From Octopus vulgaris (lineage: Eukaryota), in contig OX597821.1 in the NCBI GenBank assembly GCA_951406725.2, forward strand, positions 82,026,001-82,090,000: DNA of 64,000 nt, written 5' to 3'. The notes under the pieces were generated by a model that saw only the letters and a list, made by a program, of their open reading frames with translations, ran no database searches and had not been told where the DNA came from. Made by a program: the position numbers and the translations under genes. Position 1 is the first letter of the stretch; each line of letters begins with the position of its first letter. Shown here in pieces: positions 40,176 through 54,915 of this stretch.

Positions 40176-41109
40176 ATTTAAAAAATTAGAATTATATAAT
40201 TTAAAAAAAATTTATGTTAGAACATTATTTTTAGATAATCTGTGAAGGTGGAAGAAAATCTTAGTATTGCAGTTCTATACAAAATATTTTCTGTATATTT
40301 ACCAAGAATTTTATTATAGATTATGTTCATCTTGCAACAACAACAGCTCCACTTTAGTTATTGAAACAAACAATTATTAGTAACATTAGCACTACTGTCT
40401 CATAAGATAATGAGTCCTTGAATTCATTTGGGTCTTGTGCCCTTCTCTGAAAATATTGTCAGTTAATTTCATTCAAGATAGTTACATCTTTGAGAAAAAA
40501 AATGCCTTTTTAAATCTCAGATCATAAAAACATTGCAGATAAGAAATATAACCTGAGACAAACAACCAACAAAAAATAATGACCATGCAAGATCCAGTAA
40601 CACTACTTTTTGCTAATGCAAAATGATAAGAATGTTATGCAAAATTTCTTGCAACTCTTAAGAGGGTGAGTTATGAGGATTGTTGGTACACGAGACAAAA
40701 TGCTTAGCAGCTTTCATGCCTTTATGTTCTGACTTCAAATCCTGTCAAGGGTCAACTTTGTGTTTCATCCTTTCAGGGTCTATATAACAAGTACTAATTG
40801 ATGTAATTGATTAGATCCCGTCCCAGAATTTCAAGTCTTGTGTCTATAGCAGAAAGGATATTTCTTTTAACTCTTTACTTTTTGAGTAGACAACATAAAT
40901 TAAGGAATTCTTCTTTGATCTTCTCTTTTCTGCAGTCATCTTTTTATGTTATTTACGAGAAGAAAAACGTCTCATAATATTCAAACAGTTCCAGGCTGAA
41001 TATTTCTAATGGAATCCAGATCAATTACCTATGTCTGGAAACATCTCTGCACCTTTACTCAAATGGACTATGGGGCCCAAAGAATTATTCTAATATGAAA
41101 CATCATTAA

Positions 41110-41326
41110 CCCTTTCATTACCAACCTGGCTGAAACCAGCTCTGGCTCTGAGTACAAATGTCTTGTTTTCATAAGTTTTGAATTAAAATCTTCCACCAAA
41201 TCTTAGTCACAATTTATGTTCCTAATACAAGCTTAATGATAACTAAGTTATTTTACTAAATTTTTTATTATATTTAAAGTAATTGAAAGAAACAGTGCAT
41301 CTCAAAATAAATACAGTAACGAAAGG
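41110..41326. mobile_element. piggyBac-type MITE
   Basis: TTAA|CCCTTTCATTAC ... GTAACGAAAGG|TAA imperfect TIRs. Confidence 0.6.
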
Positions 41327-41917
41327 TAACGTTATTAAGTTAATCATGGCCTGGGCCAATTCTGGCCAAGTCTTATCTAAGAATATATATATTGTGTGAA
41401 AGCGCGTGGCCTAGTGGTTAGGTTGTTGCACTCATGATCATCACTAGATCATGAGTTCAATTCCCTGATTGGGTGGCATGTTGTGTTCTTGAGCAAAGCA
41501 CTCCATTTCACATTATTCCAGTTCCCCTTTTGATCAGGGGGTAATGTTGGCCTGCTTGCCTAGCCAGCAGGGGGGCCTCATTTGAAGGCTAAAACAATGT
41601 GAAAGCACACTCTGACCAAAGATAGCCTGGTTGGTCACATGATCACATGAAATACATTGTGCTGGTGACCCATAAATGGCACCCACGGGAAGGGCATGCA
41701 GCTCTAGAAACCAAGCCAAATCAGACTGGTACAGCTCTGTGGCTTATCAGTCCCAGTCAAACCATGATGATGATGATCGTTTATTTTTAGAATGACATTG
41801 TAGAATAGGTATGAGAGGCTGGATCTGACCAGTTTTAACATAAAACAGGTTGGATATTTGATCCAGATGTGGTCCGTTTAAATGTTAAAGGGTCAATATT
41901 TATACATCCAAGGTTAC

Positions 41918-42150
41918 CTCAGTCAACAAGAATAACTTTGAAGGAAATAACATTGAGAATTAGTATTAATAAAACAAAGTAAAATACGTCTGCTACACTG
42001 ACAAGAAAAGAACACAAACAGTCGCAGAACACTGTCAGGCGTAATCCAGTTACACAGACTGGTTTAATAGATTCTACATAGTCAAATAACGTTGCAAAGT
42101 ACCGTTTAGTTAATAATTTAACGGCTTTGTTATTACTGGACTTATATAGC
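41918..42150 (-). promoter_or_regulatory. Candidate TATA promoter plus non-coding first exon
   Basis: Minus strand TATATAAG at 42148-42141, Inr-like TTAAATT about 30 nt downstream, CpG-retaining unique sequence, donor GAG|GTAACC. Confidence 0.3.
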
Positions 42151-42518
42151 CCGCATCTACCCATCAACTACACCACTACTACCATCCTTGGACAATGGCT
42201 GAAGTTCTGCTAATCTGACTATTTATATTTCTCTATTAAATCTGGCAGGTTTGTTAAGTCAATTTGGCTGACACCTATATAGTTGTAGGTGGTGTAATTA
42301 TTTCCAATCTTTCTCTCTCTCTCTGTCTCTCTGTTTTACTCTGTTCTTCTCATTCTCTGTTCCTTTCTCTGCCTCTCTCTCTCTCCCTCTTTCTCTCACT
42401 CTCTTTCTCTTATTCTCATTCGTCTTACATTTCTTCTCTCCTTATGTCTTCCATTTTCCAACAACTTTCTTCTCTCAATCATTCTTCAACTCACTGTTCT
42501 CATGTCTAGTTCGTACAG

Positions 42519-42561
<43 letters not shown>

Positions 42562-43038
42562 TTGCTATTTAACACTAGATCATCCTAGATCCAACAAACC
42601 TATGATCAATGACATTCTAGCCATGGTCATTCCATCTATTTTCTTATTCATATATATATATAGTATATCTTAGAACTACTTTCCTTTTCAGTGCAGGAAG
42701 GTATGATCTGAGGGAGATTTGGATGCTATTTTTAACAGGTCATTCAATTTCCTAAAAATAGCTCAATATGTAGGCTTGTATCATCTTTTTTTTATATGTA
42801 AACATCTGAATCAGTATTTATTTTATATGTATTGTTAGTCAATCAGTCATTTCATATTTATTAGTGAATGTATGTATGTAACAGTCCGATGATAATAATA
42901 TATATGTTTGTGTGTTATCTCTTCTTTTCACAGCATAAAATTTAATCCACTCTAATGTCTGGGCATGTGTGTGTGTGTGTGTGTGTGTGCATGTACATGT
43001 ATATACACACACACATATATATATGTATATGTATGAAT

Positions 43039-43070
<32 letters not shown>

Positions 43071-43169
43071 GAATATGAATATATATATATATCATCATCA
43101 TCATCATCATCATGTATATATATATATGAATATATATATATACATATGAATATATATATATATACATGA

Positions 43170-43237
<68 letters not shown>

Positions 43238-44535
43238 TATAAAATATAGGTATATGCATACATGCATACATGTATGCATACATACATACATACATACATA
43301 CATATCCATCTATAGTATTCATCAGCAGAGTCCATCACTGTATGTATGTATGTATGTATGTATGTACGTATGTACATATGTATATATATATCAGTTAATA
43401 GATGTATGTAATATCACATTTACAGGACTGCCCGAAAGTGTATGTATATGTCAACCAGCCAACCAGCCAGTCAGTCAGTCAGCCAGTGTGTCAGTGAGAA
43501 AGTCTATCAGTCAGTCGGTGCACCGGTATATAAACAACTGCCCACCAGTTACATCACTGATCAATGGATGATAACTACATCAGAGTACAAGCAGAACTGA
43601 CGCATCTGTTATCTTGCACCAGACACTGATTTGAATGTGCAGTGTGTTATATATTTAAAAGTACACACACATTGTGTGTGATCTGTGTGTTTGTGAGTGT
43701 GTGCATGTGCATGTATGTGTGTATCTGTATGTATGGATGGATGGATGTGTGTATATGAGTGTGTGTGTGTGTGGGTGTGGATGTGCATATGTATGTATAT
43801 ATGTAATTGTATGTATGTGTGTCTTTGTGTTTGTATCTATAAAAGAATGAATGAATGTACATATGTATGTAGTTACGTATGTGGTTACATATGTATGCAC
43901 GTATGTATGTGGTTATGTATGTATGTATATATGTATGTATGTATGTATGCACGTATGTATGTGTGTATGTATGAATGTATGAAAGACTGAATGAATGAAC
44001 AGTTATCTGTTTAATCTATCTATATACTTGAGATAAGCCAAGTAGAGTGTAGCTTTCTCAAGATGGTAGATAGGATAAAAAGGTGAGTCACGTTCAATAA
44101 AAGGATATACTTAAAAAGAAGAAAAAAAATATTCGTTTCTTTCAAACAAAAACAAAAAAAAAAATAGCCGACCAACATTTTGTAAACTGAGGTTTGTAAT
44201 CAGTTCAGTCAGATATTGGAAGCTCTTTTATCACACTGTGAAGCCACGTGGTTTAGTGGTTCGGGTGGTGTACTCATGATCTTACAATCATGGTTTTGAT
44301 TTCTGAACAAATGCAGTGCATTGTGTTCTTGAGGAAAACGTTACATTTCATGTTGACCCAGTCCACTCAGCTGTAAATGAGTTCAAGCAATAGCTGGGAA
44401 GTTAACTCTGTGATTGCATCCTATCCAGGAGGGAGTGTAGCTCAACAGCAAAATAGCATTCTGTAGTAAGATCAACTTGTTCTGCCTTCCCCACAGATTA
44501 CACCCTACCCCTTATTATTATCATTATTATTATTG

Positions 44536-44591
<56 letters not shown>

Positions 44592-44624
44592 GTTGTTGTT
44601 GTTGTTGTTGTTATTATTATCATT

Positions 44625-45135
44625 GCTTTTGCACAGCTTCTAATGCTGGAGATGTGCTATGGTGTCAGCTGTTCACTACCAGTGAACTAAGGTAACAACT
44701 CTTATTTTTTTGAGCACCTTCCGGACTATTCGAGCGGATCCAAGCAGTGCTGTTTTCTGCAAGTGCTCCACCCTTATTGCAGCCCCTATTTGTTCCACGT
44801 ACTTCTTGAGATTTTTGCTCACTGTTACCAGGGCTCCGACAATTATTGGTACTACTGCTACCTTTTTCATCGACCACAGCGGCTTAACTTCCCAAGCTAA
44901 CCTGTCAGATCTCTCAACTTTTCTTTCTTCCTTATCGCATACCTTGTTGTCAGCTGGGCATGCTATGTCTATGATCCGGCATAGTTTGTTTTCTTTCTCA
45001 ATTAAGACTGTCTGGCTTCCCATTCTCTATCTCATGGTCGCACTGAATCATAAAATCCCAAAGGATCTTTGCATTTCTATTTTCCACAATGCCTTCAGGT
45101 TTGTAGTTGCACCAATTTTTTGCTCTGTCAAGTCC
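44625..45135 (-). mobile_element. R4/Dong-clade non-LTR retrotransposon 3' end (restriction-like endonuclease)
   Basis: KILWDFMIQCDHEIENGKPD / IIDIACP...VVPIIVGAL...LQKTALLGSARIVRKVL; (TAA)n on both flanks. Confidence 0.85.
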
Positions 45136-45152
45136 ATTATTATTATTATTAA

Positions 45153-45198
<46 letters not shown>

Positions 45199-46669
45199 GT
45201 TATTATCGTTATTGTTGTGGAGGGCATATGGCCTAGTGCTTAGGGTGCTACATTCAGGTTGCAAGATTGTGGTTCCAACTCCTAGAACGGGTGGTGTGTT
45301 ATGTTCTTGAGCGAAATATTTCATCTCATGTTGCTCTGTAATCATTTCGACACCTGACACATAGTACACAATGCACCCATTCAGACAATGTCATTTTAAA
45401 GGTGAGAATGAGCTAATGTGCAGCACATGCATTTAATCACTATAAACAAATCAGGTGTGCAGGTCGTTTGGCAATCGGGAAACATCCATACATCGTCTTC
45501 GATGGGAGAGCCCGTTATTACTATTATTATCATTGTTGTTGTTGTTATAGTTGTTACTACTTTGGCTATGTTTTATATGAGTTGCACCCGAGTCTCAGCC
45601 ACAGATGTCAAGGGACAACAAGGTTTTGCATCAAAAGTTACTAACAGGTGAAGTGCCGTGCAGCTGAAAACACTGATGTCTGTTGGAGAAAATCTAACCA
45701 CAGAGAAAAAGGAACCAAATGGTTAAGGGTTCATTCCCAAAGGGAGGAATTTATATTGAATATGTGAATATGGTAGAATACATGATGTGCTAGCATTATT
45801 AAAGCAGAGAGCTAAACAAAAATAAAAAATAAAATGAACCCCTAAAAGAATCAAAGAAATGAGTGAAAACATTTGAGGGAGCTAACTGGCAGGGGTGTAA
45901 GATAAAAAGCCTTGTGTTATTTGCTCCAGCTCTCTGTACTCTGAGTTCAAACCCCACCAAGATCAAATTTGCCTTTCATCCTTTCTGGGTCAATTGCTGA
46001 AACTATAAGACAACAGGACCAAATGCTTTGTAGTATTTGTACCAGTTCTTTAAGCTCTGAGTTCAAATCCCACTATGGCCTATATAGGTGGTAGATTTAA
46101 TTTGTTGTTCAAGTTATTACCACCACTTGGCACTTTGGGTGCTTTTAACGAGAATCCTTCTAATGCAAGTATTTGGGCCAAGGCTTCGGTTTGAGGAAAA
46201 CTTCTTCCTTCTCTCTTGTCTTGGAAGCCTTGCAAAGCATCATAGATATCCCTTCCCTTCTGACTATAATATTAAAAGAAAAAGAAAAAAAAAATCCATC
46301 CCAGAGATATTTCATTCTAGCTTCCATTCCAAGAGAAAAAAATACAGCTCACCCAATTAACATTGTAAATCTAGCTGTTTCAGAAACATTTTGGAATCCA
46401 TTCCAAGAGATACAACTCTGAAGAGTGTCATAGTTAACTAGATATACCATATTTATGCAACACACCAGGAAGTACGTGAAATAATTAATTCTCTCCAGGG
46501 GTCATAATGCTAAAGTTATTCTAGAGCAATGCTAAATGTTTATTCTTATTTACAATTAATTAATACAAATGTGCTATGTTTGGTTATGTGATTTACCTGT
46601 AAACTACTGCTTGCCAAATTACTATCACCAGATGAGTCAATCTGGATATTAGCTGATATAAAATGGGCT

Positions 46670-46711
<42 letters not shown>

Positions 46712-46779
46712 GAAATCATAATTCTGACCTCAGTGAGGCTGAGGGAACCTATCTAAACAAAATAGCAGCCGTTCTGTGG

Positions 46780-47500
46780 TCAGATCCATTTGTTCTGTCT
46801 TCCTTCCACTGTCTTTGGCACTTGACATTCTTATAGAGAACCCATTTCTTGTCACTGGTCACTATTTGGTCCAAAAAAGGCTCATTGGTGAGACGTGACA
46901 ACAAAAAAAGAGCACACATTCACTCTCTGTGCACAATTAGACTTGAAGAGTTTGTGAGGAATCCATTGACCCAATTTGCTGACTTTTCTGATGGCACACA
47001 GGTGTCAATGAATGATTGAATGACCAAATCCAAGCTTCTCTGCTAATTTCTCAACAGTTACAATAGGATTTTGTTCCACCCGGGTTTGCAGAACATCCTC
47101 ATCGAGCTCTACATATCTTCCAGGACAAGACTCATCTTCTAGGCTGTAGTTTCCAGCTCGGAATTTCTGGAACCACTGTTGACACTGGCTTACACTTATT
47201 GTCTGATCCCCATATACTGCATTAATATCTCTCACACTTTCCATTGCATTATTACCGTTATTGAACTCATAAAGCAAAATGAGCCGAATGTGCTCTTTTA
47301 CCACTTGCATTATAGCTTTGAAAAAAATAACTGTTAAAATCGAACTGCACTCTTCCAAATTTGCACTAGGTAAAAAAACAAGGTAAAATTACTACCTGCT
47401 TTTATAGCAAGTTGATGCAGGTAGTTTAACTCATCTCCCTCCGACTTTTAGTTCATGCAATTAAAAAAAAAATCCCATCATTTATGGGATTACCCAATAT
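46780..47500 (-). mobile_element. Mariner relic, 5' half with TIR
   Basis: KEHIRLILLYEF...QWFQKFRAGNYSLEDESCPGR, later IVTSDKKW; TIR TATTGGGTAATCCCATAAAT. Confidence 0.9.
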
Positions 47501-47534
47501 GTACACACACACACATGTACATATACATACATAG

Positions 47535-47609
<75 letters not shown>

Positions 47610-47663
47610 CATATATATATATGTGTATATGTATCTTGTATGTATATTTATATACACACACAC

Positions 47664-47700
<37 letters not shown>

Positions 47701-48340
47701 TATGTCAGTTTGATATACAGAGATTGCTAAATTAAGTATCCAGATTATAAAATTATTACTGGAGTCTAAATTTATGAAGGCTGTACCCCAGAATGGCCAC
47801 AGGGCCACAGTCTGATGACTGAAACCAGTAAAAGAATCAAAGGATATATATGTGAATGAGTGTGTGTACACGTTTGATATAAGTAAAGAGACATATTCAC
47901 AATCACAAGGAAACGGACAAATGTAAACTCTATTGAGCAATTTCAATTTTTACTGAAATCCCCAATAAAAAGCCTATCTTATCCTGACATAAATACTTCC
48001 ACGTCTTTGGATGCTATCTTGTAGATAAATATTCTTGGGTTGTCTCAGAGAACTGATATGATTTTTGGTTGGAAAGACACGTATCTTATGTTTTTATTGT
48101 CGAGATATTTGTCTGGGTGGGGCACACAGCTGAGATAAATCTCCCATCCTAAGATATGTTGTTGTCACATTTATCTTAGTTAACAACACACACACACAAA
48201 CACAACATGATTATGTATGATGTATATATATATATATACACACATATATATATGTATACACACAGTCATGTACATATATGAGATGTATATATTTATGAGT
48301 TTTTCTTAATGTGCTTGGGTGACAGTATACATGCTGATGA

Positions 48341-48740
48341 TAGGCGCAGGAGTGGCTGTGTGGTAAGTAGCTTGCTTACCAACCGCATAGTTCCGGGTTC
48401 AGTCCCACTGTGTGGAACTTTGGGCAAGTGTCTTCTACTATAGCTTTGGGCCAACCAAAGCCTTGTGAGTGGATTTGGTAGATGGAAACTGAAAGAAACC
48501 CGTCGTATATATATATGTATATATATGTATATGCTTGTGTCTGTGTTTGTCCCCCTAGCATTGCTTGACAACCAATGCTGGTGTGTTTGCGTCCCCGTAA
48601 CTTAGCCGTTCGGCAAAAAGACCAATAGAATAAGTACTAAGCTTACGAACAGTAAGTTCTGGGGTCAACTTGTTTGACTAACGGCGGTGCTCCAGCATGG
48701 CCGCAGTCGAATGACTAAAGCAAGTAAAAGAATAAAAGAA
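48341..48740 (+). mobile_element. SINE family A, full length
   Basis: GGCGCAGGAGTGGCTGTGTGG head through the AAGAATA tail. Confidence 0.9.
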
Positions 48741-49954
48741 TACAACATACACACGTACGTATAAACTTTCCATCTACCAAATCCACACAAAAGGCCTGGA
48801 GCTATAGCAGAATATAATTTCCAAGGTGCCACACAGTGCGACTGAACCGAAGACCACATGGTTGGAAAAAAACCTTCTTAAGCATGCAACTATGTGTGTA
48901 TGTGTGTTTACCCTTGTCTCTTTTTTCATTTGATGATTTCCAATAAGCATCCTTGCCACAGAAGTGATGTTGTTCGTTTCCGTTCTTCCATGGTAAATTA
49001 TTACCTTGCTTGGAAACAAGTGAAAGAGAAAAGAGTGACAAGGAGGAGATCAGGCCATAGGAAATCTGCCTCAATAAATTCCATCTGATTTATGTAAGCA
49101 TGGGAAAGTGGACATTAATCGATGATAGTAAAGATGAAGGTGATGATAATGACGAAGAGGCAATGAAAAATTAAGCGAAGTTTGGTGAGATAGGTTTGTA
49201 TTTAGAATATAAAGGGATAAAACGAAAGACTGCAAAACATTTAGCCAAACATTTTATCATTCTGCTCCACTGCTAATTAATCCAATGCTATTCTGCTGCC
49301 CCCATTATTGTATAATTACCAGTGAAGTACAAGCATCCCCCCCACACACGTGGTTTTGTACACATATTAAAAAACAATATTATCTTGTGATATTATATAT
49401 AAAATTATGTAAGGATAAGTTGGTTAAGACCAAAAATTGGAAAAACATCATAAGATATTTTATTTGAAGTTAATTATATTTCTTAGATAACCTAAATAGT
49501 TTTTGATGGGATCTGATAGCATAATGTAAAAGTGTTTGACATAGTTGGAATAAGTTTAGAGACGGGAAGTTATTTTTTCTGTGCAAAGTAGAAACTGTAT
49601 GTGGTGCGTGTAAAAAAACTGATGCTGTACAACAGCAAAACACGGTAAATGAATAGAGAGGTGCTAAAGCAACAGTAATTCTAGAGGAATTATTTGAATA
49701 TAATCTTTAAGATATCATCATCATTTAATGCTTGCTTTCAGCGTTTGTATGGGTCAGATGGAATTTGTTGTGGCAGATTTTCTATAGGTGGATGCCTTTC
49801 CTGTCATCAATCCTCAACTGTCTCTAAATTAGGTAATATTTCCTCATGGCCAGACAGGTTTTCAGTGGAAGACTAGAAATGAATAATGTTACATGTATAA
49901 TGGTGATGTTCATTTACAACCATCATGTGACGTCAAGAGAAGGGCACACTTAAT

Positions 49955-49994
<40 letters not shown>

Positions 49995-50294
49995 TGTAAC
50001 AAGCTTCTTTCAGTTTCCATTCACTAAATCCACTCACCAAGAATTTTGTCAGCCTGATGCTATAACAGAAGACACTGGTTCAGGGTGTTGCACAGTAGTA
50101 TAGAACCTGAGAAGCAAGCTTTTTAACCATGCAGCCATATCTGCACACACACACACAAACACACACACACACACACGTGTGTGTGTGTATGTATACAAAT
50201 TCTATTATTATTATTATTATCAAAATTTGGCCAGTTCTTATCATCAGTCAACTCTGATCATTTTCCTAAATTCTACATAGTCATCTAAATTTTT

Positions 50295-50640
50295 AAGTAT
50301 TTTGCACTACTAACTATTATAGCCCAAACAATATTGAGAAGAAGTTATGTTGCTTTGTACCTATATGTTTGAACATATTTCTTTACAAATGCAGTCAGTA
50401 TTTGAATATATTCTGCACTACAAACCATCTGAACAAGTAATATCTGAACAAAGTGATGTAGTTATGTGCCTATAAACATATTTTGCACTACAAACTACTG
50501 TAGCCCCTGGTATCTGAATGAAATTATGCAGTTATATATTTATGTGGATAGTATTTGAATATATTTTGCCTTACTAACTCTTTTAGCCACCAATATATTG
50601 GAAGCAATTTTGTTGCTATGCGTATGAACATATTTCCAGT
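50295..50640. repeat. Degenerate tandem repeat, 4 units of about 70-110 nt
   Basis: TATT(T/C)TGC(A/C)(C/T)TAC(T/A)AAC recurs at about 50298, 50409, 50479 and 50562. Confidence 0.55.
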
Positions 50641-52824
50641 GCATATTGTTTGTTCGTACAATTGATTTTGTTTTACTGGTCCATCATATGATGTATTGAA
50701 TAGAAATGGATTATTTAATTAATAACTTGCCAGAAATGTAAGTTTTGTAAAACAGGAAAAAAATATAGAAATTTTTATATTTTGATAAAAAAACTTGGAC
50801 CTCCCAGCTTCAGTAGCACTGAAGACAACCAGAGTCGCTACTCAAGCAAACAATTAAGCAAATAAATGAGAGTAGAATAGTGGCACCTAAATTTTTAGTG
50901 GTTGGCTATGAGAGGGACATCATTGGTTAGAACTACAAGATTTCTAGTTGAACAGCCTGCTCTTAAAATTGACATATAAGGGGCTGAGTACTTCATAGAC
51001 ATGTGTGCCCTTAATGTTCTTGTGTTGACTCAACATGATATAGAATGTGACAATGCTGGCCCTTTGGATCACATGCACAACTCATTTTTGCCAGCTGAGT
51101 AGACTGGAGTGATGTGAAAGAACGTGTCATGTTCAAATACACAATGTGCCATGAGGAAGTGAACTCACAACCTTATAATTGCGAGCTGAATATCCTAAGC
51201 TATGCACCTTCATGGAATTTTACCTCAATGTGGTTAAAAAGGTCGCTTTGCAACTATATGGTCTCAGGTTCATTCCCATGGCATCATGGGCAAGAATCTT
51301 CTAATATAGCCCTAGCTAGACCAATGCTTTGTGAATGAATATGGTTGATGGAAACTGTGCAGAAGGCTGTCATGTGTGTGTGTGTCTTTGTGTTTTCCCC
51401 CTCTACTGCTTGACAACTGATTCTACCACATTCACTCACAAAACATTGGTCTGGCCAGAGCTACATTAGAAGACACTTGCCAAAAAGAGACCGACAGAAT
51501 ACGTGCCAAACTTAAAAAATAACCACTGCAGAATGGGTCAATTTGTTCCACTAAACCCTTGAAAGTGATGCCCCAGCATGGCCACAATCCAATGAATGAA
51601 GCAAGAGAAAAAAAAAAGAAAGAAAAGGAAGAACAGAAATGAATTCAGACAGTTCTTTGCTATCAAAATCATAAACCAAAGTTGTACAAGAAGAATGATT
51701 GTCTTTAGTATGAACATGTAACATGAGCAGCAGATGCATGCTGGGAGATGAAATACTGGGAGGTGACAATATGGATGCAGACCAAAGAAAATTTATGAAG
51801 TCATCAGGTTGAATCTAAGAACATTAGCTTTAATGACACAGGTTCAAGATGCATAAAAAATTGCAATTTTATTTTTTAGAAATGTATAATTTATTTCAGC
51901 AGGGAAAACCTGGGCACTAAAATGTTTAAACTTAGAATATCTAAGCAGGCATACATTTGCCTATGTTTGTAGGTGTATAGGTGTTTATATATGTATTTGT
52001 ATGCTTATGATTAAGTGAATATATAGATATCTGGATGTATGTATACCTTCCTTTAAATTTCTCCAATAGTGATAGACCCAATTTCCAACCAAGAAACAAA
52101 TTCCTTCTTTGGCAACTCAACAAGAATAGCATGTAGATGGAGTCACATGTCAGATTTTGAAAACTTTTGCTTACTGTTCCTATTATATATGTGTGTATTA
52201 GTACACACACACACACACACACACATACATACATACATGCATACTTATATACATACATCTGTTTCTATATATGGGTGGTAGACTTAATTTTGTCATCCAA
52301 TTTAAAATCACTATCTGGCATCTTCAGTGCCTTTAGCATTGTTGCAGACATTCAGGCCAGACCTCTGGTTTGAGGGTATTTTCTTTCCTCTCACCAACCT
52401 CAGAGGTTGTCCTTCCTGACTAACAGATACAAAAAATAAAATGGCATATGTGTATATGTAATTTCACTACAAGAAGTTTCCTTCATGATAAAATACACAC
52501 ACACACGAATATTTTTGTTCATTTTATTTTAGAGGTTTGAATTCTCAACAAATTTTAACAGGCCCATGCATAGATTGGACATCTTTGGAGTTTGTAAATC
52601 ATTTGTGCTTTCTAGGTTTTTGAGAACTCCATCTTTTCAAGAGTTGTGTCAACATCCTCAATTGCATGACCATTTGTTTCAATGACACCAGAAATGAATA
52701 CAAATTCATAGTCCAAGCGTACATGCATGCCTGCCTGCAAGCATACTTACATATATTTCATATCTTTGATTTAATTATATATATATATATATTTACACAA
52801 ATTCATATATACATATAAATTGAG

Positions 52825-52855
<31 letters not shown>

Positions 52856-53729
52856 CATACATAATTATATATACACACACACATACACACGTACATACAT
52901 ACATTCATACATCCATCCATACATATATATATATTTATTTGTATATAGGTAGTAGATTTATTTCAAGATACAGTGTGATTTGAGTGAGATTTAGCTGCTA
53001 CTTCTAGCAGGTCTGGCTGCAGAACAGAGGATTCCCATCCATCATGGCTCCAGTGCTTTGTCATTAGTTTATTGTGTTGCTGATGTGTAGTAAATTCACA
53101 ACAAAGCATACCAAATAATGGAACTTGAAACCCAGTCAGAGCAATAACTTCATGTAACCAGCTACAGTGAGATGCCATGCTCAGGATTTAACCACATGCT
53201 GTCTGCTAGAATGAAAATAATATTTAATAACATTTGATATCAATATAGAATTACCTCTTCTTTATTAGTTTGCTTGGGAAATGTTTATTTATCAAATTTC
53301 TTGAAATTTTAATGAGAACATTTGGTAAAACCATTTCAGTTCCAGCATTTAGCATCCATATTTGGTGGTGGAATATCAAATGTGAAATAACTAGAAGTCG
53401 GTGAAATTTTGGTGCAACGTGTTTTATAGTATTTTTTCTTTTTATTTTATTTTATATAACAAAAAACTTATCTAATATTTCCTTGAACTAGTTAACCATT
53501 TTATGGCCATTATCAAAACTGTAGAATGATTAATATGTAATGATTTCTTATATTGGAACAAAGATACATATTTTAATATATTCCTTCTATGTTTTTTCCC
53601 CCATCAGATAACCGAGTGATGAAAGGCAACATTGATCAAGCAGGAGACAAACTTACAATGAGAAGAAATAAACCTAAAATCTTGTAAAGGGTTCTACCAC
53701 TTTTACGAAACACCATCATTAGTAACTAT

Positions 53730-54140
53730 TCAATGACTGGCATCTGTGCTAGTAGAGCACTAAGAGCACCATCTGAGTGTGATTGTTGCCAGAGTGGCTA
53801 ACTGATGTTCATGCCAGTGGCACATACAAAGCGCCATAGAGTGTGATCATTACCAGTGTCACCTTACTGGCACTTGTGCTGGTGTGCAGGTGACATATAA
53901 AAAAAAAACACAATTTTTCCGTGATCGTTGGCATTACTGCATGACTGGCCCTCGTGCCGGTGGCATGTAAAAGCACCTACTACACTCTTGGAGTGGTTGG
54001 CATTAGGAAGGGCATCCAGCAGTAGAAACTCTGCCAAATCAAGATTGGAGCCTGGTGCAGCCATCTGGTTCGCCAGTCCTCAGTCAAATCATCCAACCCA
54101 TGCTAGCATGGAAAGCGGACGTTAAACGATGATGATGATG
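53730..54140 (+). mobile_element. Family C repeat, long copy
   Basis: Colinear with 19455-19862. Confidence 0.8.
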
Positions 54141-54201
54141 AATAAAGGCTTGAATATATGTATGCATATATACAACTATCATCGTTGTCATCATCATTGT
54201 T

Positions 54202-54233
<32 letters not shown>

Positions 54234-54453
54234 TATTTTTAATGTTCACTTTACCATGCTTCTATGGACTGGAGGGAATTTGTTGAGGCAGACTTTCTCC
54301 AGCAAGATGTCGTTATCTTTCATTTGTTTCCCAGCAAGTTAATGTTTCCCAATGGCTAAACAAGTGTCCATGGTAAACTGGAAACAAATGGTACCACTTA
54401 TATGACTTTGACACACATTAACAAGTATTGTGTGCTGTCAAGGCAAGGAGACA

Positions 54454-54520
<67 letters not shown>

Positions 54521-54678
54521 GCAACAGGCTTCTTTCAGTTTCTATCTACCAAATCCACTCACAAGTCTTTGCTTGACTTCAGTAAAAGAAACTTGTCTAG
54601 GGTGCCATGTTGTGGAACTGAACCCCAAAATGCATGGTTTAAAAGCAAACTTCTTAGCCACACAGTAATGCCTGTGCC

Positions 54679-54714
<36 letters not shown>

Positions 54715-54721
54715 AGTGTGT

Positions 54722-54872
54722 GTTATACCGGGCATTTAGGTGAGGTTATGATTCGTGTAGATAGTATTTTTCCCGATGGCCGGATAACTGAAGAGATGGT
54801 GGCATGGATTTCTACTCCGACATCCAAAACTCGGAGTTTTATCATGGCTACCAAATAATTGTCACATATTAC

Positions 54873-54875
<3 letters not shown>
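54722..54875 (+). mobile_element. Penelope-pLTR-like fragment with hammerhead-like motif at 54778-54849
   Basis: GATAA-CTGAAGA-GATG...CATC-CAAAAC-TCGGA-GTT-TTATC; G12 lost, probably by CpG decay; lies between (GT)n and (TA)n. Confidence 0.55.
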
Positions 54876-54915
<40 letters not shown>

